DNA of 64,000 nucleotides from Octopus vulgaris (GCA_951406725.2 OX597833.1:68448001-68512000); one strand, 5' to 3'. Counted from the stretch's first letter, positions 26,166 through 40,119 are shown. A program made the numbers and translations. The notes: generated by a model from the letters alone, not told the origin.

Positions 26166-26748
26166 AAGGGTAAAGACCCCCTTCGGTCATGAGTGACCAT
26201 AGGTTTGCACCTAGAGAGTTACCCTCTGAGGCACAAGTCTGGGCAAAGTTGTTTTATGGAAGACCAGCAGTCGCCCATGCATACCGGCCTCCCCTCTCCA
26301 CGCCACCAGCCTCATCCAAGGGAAAGACAAAGGTCGATACAGTTTGGCACCTGTGACGTTGCAACTCATTTCTACAGCTGAGTGAACTGGAGCAACGTGA
26401 AATAAAGTGTCTTGCTCAAGAACACATACATATATACGACAGGCTTCTTTCAGTTTACGTCAACCAAATCCACTCACAAGACATTGGTCGGCCCGGAGCT
26501 ATAAAAAAAAAATGGTAAAGCTTAATTAAAGGTGGTTAGCGGTCGATTAAACACTAAAATAATAACGAAGTGGTTTGTATGGAGCTTGCAAGAGATCGTT
26601 CTCTCCATGTTGCAGCCATTAATGACCTCCTCCACTCAATCGAGGATCAACAGTTCTGCACTATAGCAGAAGATGCCACGCAGTGGGACTGATCCCGGAA
26701 CCATGTGGTTGGTTAGCAAGCTACTTACCACACAGCCACTCCTGCGCC
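25911..26748 (-). mobile_element. SINE family A carrying two nested insertions
   Basis: Family A reverse-complement sequence is interrupted at ~26165-26426 and 26504-26660. Confidence 0.88.
26165..26426 (-). mobile_element. SINE family D, 5'-truncated, nested in the SINE A microsatellite
   Basis: Minus strand gtgttcttgagcaagacactttatttcacgttgctccagttcactcagctg (SINE core-like) runs to tail catgaccgaagggggtctttaccc. A related head remnant lies at ~30860-30985. Confidence 0.65.
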
Positions 26749-27037
26749 TAATATATATATATAAAACATATGAAAGTTGTTGATTGGCCAGCCTAGCATT
26801 TCATTCCTGTATTTGAGTGGAAATGTATACACGTGTATATGAGTGCATATAAGTAACTCCTTTTATTATAAATATGTCTCTAAAACGGCTCACTTACATT
26901 GCTTACGTTCCAGTCACATAGAGCACGATTGCACTGATGGATTTACTCTCATTGTTGTGAAATGCATCGTTTCATTTCATCATGAAGCACATTGCGTACC
27001 TATGACTGTTTAGACTTTATGTACCAACACGCCCTCC

Positions 27038-27087
<50 letters not shown>

Positions 27088-27089
<2 letters not shown>

Positions 27090-27141
27090 ACGCTCTTCAA
27101 CAGAAAGATACACAGAGAGAGAAAAACACAGAAAGAAGGAG
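27088..27141 (-). mobile_element. Short Penelope-like fragment (5' half of the hammerhead motif)
   Basis: ctacgctcttcaacagaaag is identical to 17313-17332. Flanked by (TA)n. Confidence 0.45.
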
Positions 27142-27214
27142 ATATATATATGTGTGTGTGTGTGTATTACAGTATAACAGTGTCAACCTAACTATGAGGT
27201 GTTGTTGTACCTCA

Positions 27215-27745
27215 CTCATCATGGTTGGCATCCTTTTTGTCTCGGGAGACAATGGAGTTGCGCATGAAGTAGTCTAGTCCGGCTTTTACATTCCATGTCC
27301 TAATACATTTCCTGCTGTGGCTGTGTAGTCCTATTCTGGACAAACACTCCCTCTGGCAGGTACCGCAAATGTAGCGAAGACTATTCCTGGCTGGTTGTAG
27401 TGTCATAGTTTCTTGTTGACGTCTTTTCTTGTCTTTCCATTTCTCCTCTCTCTCTCTCTCTGTCACTCCTTTGTATTCCCTCTCTTACGGTACGTCGCCA
27501 GTCTCCCACTCATCATAATGTGCTTCAAATTCTATCTTGATATTGCCATTGTTTTCCCTCTTGACAAAAGTTTCCTAAAATAAATCGTTTTCCCACCTGA
27601 TCTCTTGGCTACTATTCGGAAAATGCACATGCCCCTCTGTTGCCTGTCAATTTTGCTATATGTAAGGTCCATTGGAGCTTGTGATTTCGGTACTCTGCGA
27701 CCACGTCATTCACTTTGATCCACTCTCAGATTATCCCGTCTCATT
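27215..27745 (-). mobile_element. RTE-clade LINE 3' end with C-terminal zinc-finger-like motif
   Basis: YICGTCQRECLSRIGLHSHSRKC is the CxxCxRxCxSRIGLxSH motif typical of RTE ORF ends. Followed by a short 3' UTR; upstream sequence is degenerate. Confidence 0.8.
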
Positions 27746-27798
27746 CTGTTTTTTTTTCTTCTTTTTTGCTTTCATTTCGAAATGAGATATATAAGAAA

Positions 27799-28263
27799 CT
27801 AGTTATTTTGACCCCTGCTTCGCTCGGGTTTTATTAGTAGTGGTGTTATTTGGTACGTGTTGTCACTTTTTCCCTTTCCCCTTTTGTTCGTTTTCTTTGC
27901 CTAGTTCTTTTTATTGCCCCCTTCTTTACCCCTCTTTCCAAAATCCCCCAAATTTTTACTCCCACAATTAACGATAACCGCCTCTAGACGCTGCAGCCAA
28001 ACGAAAAGCCACCATTATTGAAACAGCGCAACTTGTCTATCCCATAAAACTCAATTTTTCCCATATTCCTCACCATGGCAACCAAACGGTAACCCCAAGC
28101 AACGTGCAACCCTCCTTACACCATTGCCCACCCCATTTTACCCCCATTGTAAATTTTGGCGCCAATCCGACCCCATCTACCGCCCCTTAAACCGTTCGCA
28201 TCCCAAAATGAGACAAATAACCAAGGAATCAAACATTTTTTTCGCATTTCAGCTTTATAGAGA
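27799..28263 (-). mobile_element. Non-autonomous Helitron
   Basis: On the minus strand: 5'-TC start, subterminal hairpin (plus strand acccctgcttcgctcgggt, 27811-27829) and CTAG end. Inserted between A and T with no TSD. Confidence 0.65.
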
Positions 28264-28288
28264 TTGATTATAAATGTTTTAACATAAT

Positions 28289-28366
<78 letters not shown>

Positions 28367-28949
28367 CATATGTGTGTGCGAAAATGGATAAGAAAATAAC
28401 TGATAAACATCAATGAATTAAAGGCAGTCAACTAGATTACATTTTCTTTCTTTTATCAGTTTTACTTAACTGTAGTCTTTAAGAAACAATAGAATCCTTA
28501 TCAGCAAATCTCTTCATTCCTTATAACCTATTCCCAACAAAGTCCCATTTTCGGTTATTACAGCTGCGAAGTCCACTGGTTAATGTGGCTTAATTTAATA
28601 TCAGTGCATTAATTATGATTATGTCAAAGTTAATAGTGAGTTGTTAATTTTTGCTCGCAGTTAATGCATGTCATACGATGTATTTATTTTTGCATTGTAC
28701 GTTTATATAATTATATCGTTTCCACCATATTCCTTTCTTTTTTACATAATTTCTTTAATACGATAGATGTACCAGCATGTTTGGGTTTCCTTTGCATTAT
28801 GAGGGGTGTAGTATGTTACGATAGCTTCTTGAAGAGAATCCGTTCACAAGTGGTGTGAAGGACACGCGGGTACCAGCAATAACGTAAATTCGTGGTTACG
28901 AGAAATTGACAGAAAATTTACTGAGTAGGTGTTCATTGAACCAAAATTA

Positions 28950-29272
28950 TCCATCCATCCATCCATCCATCCATCCATATCTATCTATCTATCTATCTAT
29001 CGATATATCTATCTATATACATCTATTTATATCTATCTACATCTATCTACATCTATCTATCTATCTCTATCTATCTATCTATCTATATCTATCTACATCT
29101 ATCTATAACTATCTATCTATCTATATATCTATCTACATCTATCTACATCTATCTATCTATCTATATTTATCTACATCTATCTATAACTATCTATCTACAT
29201 CTATCTATATCTATCTACATCTATCTATATATATCTACATCTATCTACATATCTATCTATTTATCTATCTAC
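28950..29272. repeat. (CCAT)n/(TCTA)n tetranucleotide array
   Basis: Read directly. Confidence 0.95.
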
Positions 29273-30283
29273 ACAAACAGGTATGCATGAGTGGATGTGT
29301 ACTAGAAATACTGACATTGTGAATAAAACGAATCGCTTGTTGAAGAAACACCAATATTTTAGGTTTCAAGTATGATCCATCCTATTCAGTTACTGGCAGA
29401 AAGAGAAAATTTGGCTCGAGAGAAATTCGTTTGGCAATTCAAACTGTGAACGATTTCTTGCGTGGGCGAATTGCACCTCATGAAACATGGTGCCAAGACC
29501 ATTTTTCGAGATCACTTGACGCAAGATATCAAGATACAATAACACGGGAAAAACTCCCACACTTTGCTGTCCTCTCTCAACACACGCGCTCACACACTCA
29601 CACAATACGTACAAATCCACACACTGTCTGTGTATGCAGAAAGAAGAGAGAGAGACCGAGAAATATGTTTATATATACTCGTATACATCCTGCAACAAAT
29701 ATATACATACATATATTTAATATATATATAATCAATAGAAAAAACTTGAATCTCAGAGAATATTCAAGACCTCAAAAAACGAACAAACAACGGAAAAATA
29801 AAAAAAAATAACGAGATATAATTATCTGTATAAGGAAAATAAATGGTGCGTTGGAGGTGGAAAAAATTGCATAGCAGGTGTTGATATATTGCTAACGATG
29901 CCTGCAGACCATTAATGAGACAACTGTAGCTACTCAACCTAGTGTGTCGTCTTAGATTTCTATTAATATGATTATTGGGGAAATTTAATAGATATGCAAT
30001 TGTGTCACTACCGCTCTTATGAATCTAGGCTTTACAAAACGAGACAAACTACAAGTGAGTATAACATTGGGAAGATATATTTTAAGCTCTTAAACTATGA
30101 CCGTGCTTAGATGTTTCACAGGTAATGCGTGCATATATATGTAAACATACAACATATTAGTATGTGCGTGTGGGTGTGTGTGCAAATCAAAAGGTAGATC
30201 TATGCAAGCTGATCAATGCGTACGAGTTCACAATACGTACATGCTTATATTTACGCAAAATATATGCGTAAAATATATACATA

Positions 30284-30688
30284 GGCGCAGGAGTGGCTGT
30301 GTGGTAAGTAGCTTGCTAACCAACTACATGGTTCCGGGTTCAATCCCACTGCGTGGCATCTTGGGCAAATGTCTTCTGCTATAGCCCCGGGCCGACCAAT
30401 GCATTGTAAGTGGATTTGGTAGACGGAAACTGAAAGAAGCCTGTCGTATATATGTATATATATATATATGTGTGTGTGTGTTTGTGTGTCTGTGTTTGTT
30501 CCCCTAGCATTGCTTGACAACCGATGCTGGTGTGTTTACGTCCCCGTCACTTAGCGGTTCGGCAAAAAGAGACCGATAGATTAAGTACTGGGCTTACAAA
30601 GAATAAGTCCCGGGGTCGATTTGCTCGACTAAAGGCGGTGCTCCAGCATGGCAGCAGTCAAATGACTGAAACAAGTAAAAAAAAAAAA
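30284..30688 (+). mobile_element. SINE family A, full length
   Basis: Complete from head to tail, ending in an A-run and (TA)n. Confidence 0.92.
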
Positions 30689-31108
30689 TATATATATATA
30701 TATATATAGATGGATCTACGGACATGACCTCCCGTGAAAATCTACAAGCATGCATTTAAACTTACAAGCATGTATCGATATATGTATGAATGTGAACACG
30801 TCTAAATTGATTAGCACGCATGTATTTGCACAAACACATACACACACACACACACCGGTGTGTGTGAAGGTGAATTGCATGGTTAATAGGCCCTTGCATT
30901 CATGATCGCTAGAACGTATTCCGATTCCCTTTCTGGGCGGGGCGTTGTGTTTTTAGACAAAACACTTTATTTCTCATAGCTTCAGAGATTGTTGGTCTGC
31001 CCGCCTAGCAAGCGGAGTGGCATCATTTGAAGGCTAAAGAAATGCAAGGGTGCATCGTTACTAGTGGCATGTAGCAACATGTTATAGACTGGTCGATCAC
31101 GTGCTATG

Positions 31109-31144
<36 letters not shown>

Positions 31145-33268
31145 CTTACAAAAGTGTATGTAGATATATCCATGCACACGCACATATATATATGAAATGC
31201 TTGTGAGTGTTTTTTTATATATGCATTAGATATATACATAAGTGTGTGTATGTGTCTCTGCGTGTGTTCACATGATGATGGTTATCTACTGGTGATCGAG
31301 GAATATTATCCCAGATATGTCTTTCCCTCTCTCAACACACATACATACACAGACACACACATATGAATGATATAGAAAAAAAAGATTTGAATGATGTTGA
31401 AATTACGATACATATTTGCCCGTAGGATGGTTATTTATTTTATCCTTAATGAATGACATTACATGATATAGTAACCAGATCATTTATCCAGGCAACTTAT
31501 ATAGTTTCCAGTTAGCGTTGATCTTCAAAGATTTCACTATTAATTTTAAGATTACATAATGAGAAAAAAGGTCTTATACACCGTGGTAACGCATTAATTT
31601 AAAATATAGTGTTATAGCTGTGATTGTTGTAAATAGTTAGCTAAAGGAGTCGCTAAATTTATTTCAACGCATTGGCAATAAATGTTTCGTTCTTCTGGGT
31701 TTGGTCAGAAATTTAAGGGACAAGCTGGAATAATTTTGTGTTTTCTAATAAAGAAAATCAGCTAATGTTAATACTGAGGTTCGATCTGTAATTGAAGCAT
31801 TCGGCTTGTACTACTTTTCGGTGCATCTCTCCAATTTGGAGCAAGCGAACTTTATTTTGTTGTTAGAAATATGTCCCCCACCGATTCAAAGACTATTTCG
31901 AATAGTTAACTATATGAAGGAGATCACTCTTGTATACACAAATGCATTTATATATGCGCTGAAAGATATGCAGGCGAACATAAAACACGCACACACATAC
32001 ATATATCTGTATATATTCACACACAAATGCGTACAGGTATATGCAGTAATGTAAATATTCTCACAAATGCAGAGCAGATATACGTCTGCATATGTGTGTG
32101 TATGTTTGTGGGAATGCCTGTGTGTGTATTTTAATGTAAGAATGTATGTGTAAGAACACAGCTATTACATCCATACACGAAATTCACTAGCAGAAACAAA
32201 TCTCTTGAGTATACCTATAGGTGTGTAGTGTATTGGAATGAAATGCAATTGAATTCCTTTACATATCCATACATCCATACATTATGCAACACACAGCCAC
32301 GCTCACACACAGACAACATCCGCCAGCAAACCACAAACACTTCATTCAATAAGAACACACATGATGCAGAATTCATGCAAACAAATCAAGACGCATGCGT
32401 ATTCATGCACATATACAGAATCTATAGCTGTCTTCTTGCTTGTAGTCTTTGCAATCAACGTGAGGCATTGGCGGAAAAATACACATCATACAGTTACCGC
32501 TATTGTTACAACAGTATTGATTCTGTACTAAAGCATTAGTATGTTACAATGAAAACTTCCATAGTTAGGAATGGCTGTGTGAAATAATCGATTGTTTCAA
32601 TGCGTCTTAATCGATATTATATACATTTTAACAGGAAAATACTGTCGTCTCAATGTGTTATAGACTAGAAATTTGTGTCATTTAAAATGTTGGTTTTTTA
32701 AAATTTATTTTTATGTTCGTTTAATTTTGGTTTTATTCTGTCTTTTTATAAATTATATTTATATACATTTTAAATATTTACTTTTACGTTATTTACTTTT
32801 TTTTACTACAATTTTGTTATTTTTCGCAATTATTTGTCTTTAGAATTCAACAGTAAAAGACTTTCTGCACATACGTTTCCATACACACTCACAAACGTAA
32901 GCACATACATAGTCGTATGTAATATGCAATTACGAATTCATTTAAGGACGGACACACACGCACATATATGTGTGTATTTATGTATGCATGTATATGTGGA
33001 CAATACTCCCTGTTGCCTTCAACAAGGAGAAACTTTTAGACTTTAGAATTACATCTATGCCTATATATATATATTCCGACATCATTTAGTCTCCAAATGC
33101 TGTTGGATATACAAGGAGCACATCCCTGGTGTGGGTTAGTTTCGGGAGTCTCTAACTATCGAAATGGAGAACCTTGCTTGTTATCCAATACGACGTTATC
33201 TTCTGTGTATTCTTCCGTTTGCACACATTATCACACACATACACTCACAAACAAACACACACACAGGC

Positions 33269-33320
<52 letters not shown>

Positions 33321-33991
33321 AGATGTGTGTATATATATACATATACGTGAGTGCGTCTGTATGTATGTGTTTGTATGTATGTACGTAGGCATCCTTGGAT
33401 GTTTTATTTGAGAAACTAACCAGCGCTAAATGGAATAACTTAATGCATATTCTGAAATCAATTTGTTGAAATACCGAAAGAGATATGAAATAAATGTACA
33501 AGCTGAACGGAAAAATAAAATCGCATTCTTAGCACTAAATTTAGACAAATTCAAATTCGCTTCTCACGCGTCACAACTGTTTTATGTTTTGGCATTCAAT
33601 TTTGAACATTGAATGAAGAAACTCATTTGTTATAAAATATTTCTGGACATATGCTGGTTTATTCTATTCCCAATTCTAAGATTATCAATAGCGAATATGC
33701 ACTGAAATAGAAATAGCTTGTGGCAATTTGTATTTTTGTAGCTGTTGTATTTATAAAAGGTAAACACAGGTAGGAGTCGAGGGGAATGAAACGTAAGTAC
33801 AAAGTCCATAAAGTTCGCGATTTTTCTACTTGTTTTACGCTCGTGAGATCGTTACTTTTAACGTTTAGTTACAATACGTCTTAGCGCTGAAATGTCGGTA
33901 GATTGGTAGGATCACTTCAGTGCCTGAAGGTCCATATTTCTGCTGCTTGAGAGCTTATTCTCTTTGCCTGCTCTCTATATTAAGTAAGTGT

Positions 33992-34379
33992 GGAGGCGCA
34001 ATGGCCCAGTGGTTAGGGCAGCGGACTCGCGGTCATAAGATCGCGGTTTCGATTCCCAGACCGGGCGTTGTGAGTGTTTATTGAGCGAAAACACCTAAAG
34101 CTCCACGAGGATCCAGCATGGGGATGGTGGTGATCCCTGTTGTACTCTTTCACCACAACTTTCTCTCACTCTTACTTCCTGTTTCTGTTGTACCTGTATT
34201 TCAAGGGGCCGGCCTTGTCACTCTCTGTGTCACGCTGAATATCCCCGAGAACTACGTTAAGGGTACACGTGTCTGTGGAGTGCTCAGCCACTTACACGTT
34301 AATTTCACGAGCAGGCTGTTCCGTTGATTCGGATCAACCGGAACCCTCGTCGTCGTAACCGACGGAGTGCTTCCATCCC
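33992..34379 (+). mobile_element. tRNA-derived SINE family C, full length with 15-bp TSD
   Basis: A box TGGCCCAGTGG (34002-34012) and B box gtttcgattcc (~34046). Perfect TSD atattaagtaagtgt at 33977-33991 and 34380-34394. Confidence 0.92.
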
Positions 34380-35035
34380 ATATTAAGTAAGTGTTTGCTT
34401 TGAAAATAACCACAATTTGCATGAATTACCAAATACTTTATATACCACAGATCTGTGTTCAGGTATGCGCATTCAATAAACTGCTACTGTGGAAAGGGTA
34501 CAGGTCATATAAATCGTTGTGAATAATGAAATATTCGTTGATCGACACAAGTTAAGAAGCGTTAAATCCGATAGAAAGAAAAGCGAGATGTGAGCCGCTC
34601 TACTCGTAGAATTCTTGACGTTGCTGTCTCATTAGGCTGAAGTTTTGCAAGCGAACAGATGAGAGACAAGACCGAGGTGAGAGACTATCACGTGACATTG
34701 TACCTTCGGAATTAAAATGCACATATAACCCATTTGGGGTCGTTAAAATAAAGAGATGATCAAGTTACGGATTTGATATCATCGACAGTTTCCATCCAGC
34801 CAAAAGTATAAGTCGTTATGCCTATTACTTACATCAGTATATTTATGTACTTGTGTGTGATATACATCTGTATATCGATGTACTTGTGTAAAATATGTGG
34901 GATCTTACGTGATCGCGAGAAATAGCAGCTAAATGTGACTCAGTGTATCATCTTCTGGAAAAAAGGGTGAACCACATATATGATAATGGTGTCTTAAATG
35001 CATTGTTTGAGAAATATATCGGCATATATATATAT

Positions 35036-35434
35036 GAGTGGTTGTGTGGTAAGTAGCTTGTTTACCAACCACATGGTTACGGGTTCAGTCCCACTGCGTG
35101 GCATCTTGGGCAAGTGTTTTCTACTATAGCCTCAGGCCAACCAAAGCCTTGTGAGTGGATTTGGTAGACGGAAACTGAAAGAAGTCCGTCGTATATATGG
35201 ATATATATATATGTATATGCGTGTGTGTGTTTGTGTGTTAGCATTGCTTGACAACCGATGCTGGTGTGTTTATGTCCCCGTCACTTAGCGGTTCGGCAAA
35301 AGAGACCGATAGAATAAGTACTGGGCTTACAAAAGAATAAGTCCCGGGATCGAGTTGCTCGATTAAAGGCGGTGCTCCAGCATGGCCGCAGTCAAATTAC
35401 TGAAACAAGTAAAAAAAGTAAAAAGAGTAAGAGT
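35036..35434 (+). mobile_element. SINE family A, near full length
   Basis: High similarity to 30284-30688 and 60567-60973. Confidence 0.92.
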
Positions 35435-36814
35435 ATTGTAATGTTCAGAATTTTTTTTTAAGTACCAGCATCGTTGATTAGAGATACCCAGGGACTGAAT
35501 AGGCACCACGAAACGCTGGCTCGGTAAACGTTTCTAGTTCGGGTGTGTAAAGATTTGACATTGTTCTAAGTGTTGGGTCAGACGATTCTATCTCTCTTGA
35601 GACATGTGTTATTTCGGTGTGGCTTTTCCATTCTTAGAAGACTGAATCCCCGGAGACCAATATATTGTAGCATTAGTAACAATTATGCCAAATAAATATT
35701 TAACACATGTGCAAGCTACTAAAGGTTATAGTATGTTGGTAATGCAGTGCTTGCCAACCAGCTAAATATATTATTATCAGAATCAGACGCAGTCATCGCT
35801 GTTAATATAGCTTAGAGGAGAATTAGTCTAGAGATCTGTTTATAATTCTACTGGGGAATTTGCATTAAGTTGGTAGTGATGCAATACATTTTAATAAATG
35901 AAATATTGCTTGTCCTTGAATAAACATATATTTGACGCGAATAGGAGATATGATTAAAAGACAGTGAGGGGTAGAAGCTTTCGTGTTTTTCGTGCATGGA
36001 TTCAAGTGAAATCCCATTAAGATGGCGAAATAAGGGGTATACGACTGTTATGTAAGGTTTCTTCTGCATGTTGACGGAATCTGGGGTTTTCATGAACATT
36101 CGGAAGGAGTTTGTGAAACCTATGTTCGTGGCAGATGTGTCTAGAAATCTACAAATGGGAAATGAACAGTCTATCTGGGGGCTTTGGTGATTCAGTTAGC
36201 GAGTAGATATTCAAGTCAGAAGAAAAAATGTTTTTTTTTTTTAGTGACTACAACAATAGAGGTAAAGATTTGGATCTATAGAAGTTGAAATTTAATGATC
36301 GCTTATAACATTCACATATCCACTGTGTTGAATAAATACTAATAGCAGTTTTGTCACTACAGAACATTAGGATGTCAAGAAAATATTAACACTATGAAGG
36401 CTATGAGGTTAACACCCATAGGGACAAGGCACAAATGGTGCATGTTCAAAGTTTAAGGATAATCCTTAGAGAAAAATATAAAGAGGAGGGATTTTTGCAG
36501 ATTGATGTCAAAGACTCATTCTTGGTAATTTCTTTTTCTTTTTTTTTAAATCACCAGTTTATTGGAAGCGGATATATCACGTATAATCTTGTGGTTTGGG
36601 GAAGATGTTTTCGGAGACGTATCTTGTAACGAGTTATGTTATGGTTTACAGACTATTCAAAACAAAAAGTCTGAGATTTTATGAGTACCTTTGAGTATTT
36701 GCAGTGGGGAAGTCAAAGAAAGAGGTAACGTTACCTTCAGTAGAGGTTATGAGTGGAACTCTGTGTTCCAATTGATCTGATCAAGCAAAACACTGTCTCT
36801 TTAAATTCGCTTGC

Positions 36815-37132
36815 AAGTGACTGAGCACTCCACAGATACACACATACCTATTTCTTTACTACCACAAGGGGCTAAACACAGACGGGACGAACAAGGACTG
36901 ACAAACGGATTAAGTCGATTACAACCACCCCAGTGCGTGACTGGTACTTAATTTATCGACCCCGAAAGGATGAAAGGCAAAGTCAACCTCAGAACGTAAC
37001 GGCAGACGAAATACTACTACGCATTTCGCCCGGCGTGCTAACGTTTCCGCCAGCTCACCGCCTTACAGATACACACGTACCATTTAATAGTTATCCAGGA
37101 GATTCAGCATGGAACAGGATATGACAAGCCGG
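36815..37132 (-). mobile_element. Old SINE C fragment hosting a SINE B insertion
   Basis: aagtgactgagcactccacagatacac..gtacc..gattcagc..tgacaagccgg matches the reverse complement of ~34208-34294. Confidence 0.7.
36849..37064 (-). mobile_element. SINE family B, nested, with 17-bp TSD
   Basis: Reverse complement of family B. Flanking repeat acagatacacac(a/g)tacc at 36832-36848 and 37065-37081. Confidence 0.88.
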
Positions 37133-37908
37133 TTATCGAACTCACGACGAATGTTTCAAGCACAAAGCCACATGTCTTCACATGTAGAGTAGTGGACAGA
37201 TGTTTTGTCTTCAAGGTGCGCAAGGGCAATAATGAATTAAGAAAATGTGTTCCTCAGAATATCGGGCATCATTCCATTAAAGTAGTTTCAGAAAGAATTG
37301 AATTCGCATTAAAAATGAGTTGGAAACCATCCATATAATATAGAGAAGTGCTGGGGGAAAAAAGAACTTTTTTCAATACGGAAGTTTGTCTCATCAAGTA
37401 CCATAAAAGACGGGTTGGACATTGCATCCATCTTAATAATTACAGGCTTTCGAAGTAATTACAGAGAAATGTCTCTCTGTAACAGTCCCCAGCACAGGAA
37501 AAAGGCGGCGTACGAAGTGTTGCAGGCTCTCAGATTGATTATTTAAGAAAATACTAATAAACATCCGTGACGAGTGAAAATCAATAATTACTTTTGATTC
37601 TGTCGATCAGAGAGTGGTGGTTGTTGTTTTTTTTTTGTTCGTTTTCAAATTCAATCCTTATTCCTGGAAAATCGAGACACGTTTGAGTGGCCAATGTTTT
37701 GTGAAGATTTAGCTTATCTCACAATATCCCTATAATATTCAAGTTTGACATTTATTGTAGGTAATACTCTGCGATTTCTGCCCTATCTCTAGAAGGTCTA
37801 GTGACCTGTCAAAGGATGGCTCATTGAATCACTGAGATGTATAAGAGTCAACAGAGGAATTCAGCTAAATGACAACGGCATTAAGCTCCAAGGAATGGAC
37901 GTTTTTAT

Positions 37909-37963
<55 letters not shown>

Positions 37964-38137
37964 TGTGTGTGTGTATTTGTGTATAAAGAGAATCTGGGTA
38001 AAATCGTGTATGTGCTTTCCAAAGTTTCTCTGCGGTATTAGCTACCAAATGCTATCATAAATAGGACATATAACACTTGATATACGTGTAATATCTATCT
38101 ATCTATCTACCTATCAATATATATATATATATATATA

Positions 38138-38509
38138 CTAGCAGTATCGCCCGGCGTTGCTCGGGTTTGTAAGGGAAATAACTATAAAGCATTTTTAGAG
38201 AGTTATAGCCAAAAAATAGCAAAAAAATGGAAAGTAAAATATGGTAAATTTTTTTTGAGAGTTAAAAAGGTCGAGTTGCGTCCCCATGGCAGTTTGTGTT
38301 TCTGATTCTCGACCCCATGTCGAATTTATCGATTATTTTCAGAACTGGGGGAACTTTTCAAAATTTTCGCTGCGTTAGTTTTGAATTATGACATTGGGCT
38401 ATGTGTGTGTCAAGTTTCATCAGAATCGGTTGAAAGCCGTGGTCAGGGTGAGGGTACAACCAAACAGACACACAGACACACACACAGACAAACTGCCGTT
38501 TATATATAG

Positions 38510-38510
<1 letters not shown>
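38138..38510 (-). mobile_element. Non-autonomous Helitron (Lep1-like architecture)
   Basis: On the minus strand: 5'-TCTATATATA start, internal microsatellite, hairpin (plus strand cccggcgttgctcggg, 38150-38165) and CTAG end. A|T target. Confidence 0.8.
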
Positions 38511-38543
<33 letters not shown>

Positions 38544-39201
38544 AAGAGAGTGAGGGAAAGAGAAAGAGACACATGCTCACACATATACGCAAATGTATAT
38601 GCATGTGTGGCTGTGAATTCTACATACAGCAAAATATCACCGCCATCCATTCGTAAGTTTCTGCATAATCCCATGTATCAGACAGACGTCACTTATATCC
38701 ATTTGTCTGTTGTCGGCGTAATCCGTTATATGCATTGTTTTCATTGTCAGTAATGCAATTCAAACCATTAATCCTGCAGCGTAGCATAATTCATCATCGC
38801 ATCGAAAGCCGTACATCGTCTGGTATTAAAATGGTGAATGCTGAAATGTTTGTGTGGTTTCGCTATAGTCTGCAGATGCCGAAACAAAGATTTTACAATT
38901 AATTTACTTTCAAATATACATTCTGACCTACAAATAATTTTCTGATAAAATAAACGTATTATTTAGTTTGAAATGACGGATTAGTTATGTCTGGCGCGTT
39001 TTTGACTGCGCTGATCATACTTCAGATGATCATACTTCCGATGGACAATTCGCCATGTTTCGTGTGAATAGCTATGATAGCTAGAATTCCCTGTACGATA
39101 TGGTACATTGCTAAAGAACAGACGAGTAAGTCTGTATGTTTCTAGAAATATCTACCAAATATTTGTCCAATAGAACACGAGATATATCGTAAAAGTATAT
39201 A

Positions 39202-39676
39202 CTTACTTGTACTTGTGGCGACATTCACCCTGGGCGGGTTGAGTCGGCTTCTTCTTCCACCCTCGGGGCATCTCGAACCATGGCAGCCCACGCACGACGG
39301 TCCTGCGCCAGTTCACTGGTGATAGGGATTCAGTTACGGTTCCATCGGCGCAGGCCAACCACCAGCGGTCCCGTGAGCACGGTGAGGTCCTCCTTGATCG
39401 TCGTAACCCAGGTCTTCAGCGGCCTGCCCGCGCGTTTCCGCCAGCTGGGAAGTGGAGTTGGGAGAAGAACATCACGGCTCAGTTCACCCACCGGACGCCT
39501 ACATGCATGGCCAAAACACCTCAAGCGCCGTTGCAGGAGGACAGATGTAAGGGGCCGCAGAGACAGGCGAATTCGGAGATAGGCGGTGGGAACTCGATCC
39601 AACCGACGGCAGCGAAGAATGCACCGGAGGCAGTCATTGTCGAGGACTTCCAGCCTTCGTTGATCGACTTCTTCCA
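39202..39676 (-). mobile_element. 5'-truncated RTE-clade LINE (copy 1)
   Basis: RRLEVLDNDCLRCIL..QRRLRCFGHACRR..RAGRPLKTW matches the RTE post-RT C-terminal motifs. (ACAAGT)n-like tail. Probable TSD taa(a/g)agtatata at 39190-39201 and 39677-39688. Confidence 0.88.
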
Positions 39677-40080
39677 TAAGAGTATATAGGATAGTACCAC
39701 TGAAGCACACATAATAGAACGCAGTTAGTACAAATAGAAACTGTCGGATCATGTGTGTACCACTACAAGGGGTGATCTGGAATAAAATAAGTTCAGTGTT
39801 TGGGAGGCTCATGTTCCATTTTGGAGCTTTGGGCCGGTATCTCAATTCGAAATCTTTTGTTTGTGTCTGTAATACTCAGTAGATACACCTTTCAGCATTT
39901 TCTGCCTACGAAATTTTAATATCGAAGGCTGTGGTTTTAAATATCGCCATATATCTAATATCTTCTCTCATATTAATTTGACTGTAAACACACACGCAAT
40001 TCTTATCATACACATATATGTGCATCATATACTTACACACACACATACACACACGCACACACACACACACATACACACAC

Positions 40081-40119
<39 letters not shown>

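Noticed and set aside
33992-34070. tRNA gene
   Set aside because: The tRNA-like boxes are a SINE head: no proper acceptor stem, and it continues into a SINE body bounded by a TSD.
39330-39845. 171-aa ORF, and its copy at 41225-41740, as a host gene
   Set aside because: The C-terminal part is a truncated RTE LINE. The N-terminal part is flanking DNA outside the TSD.
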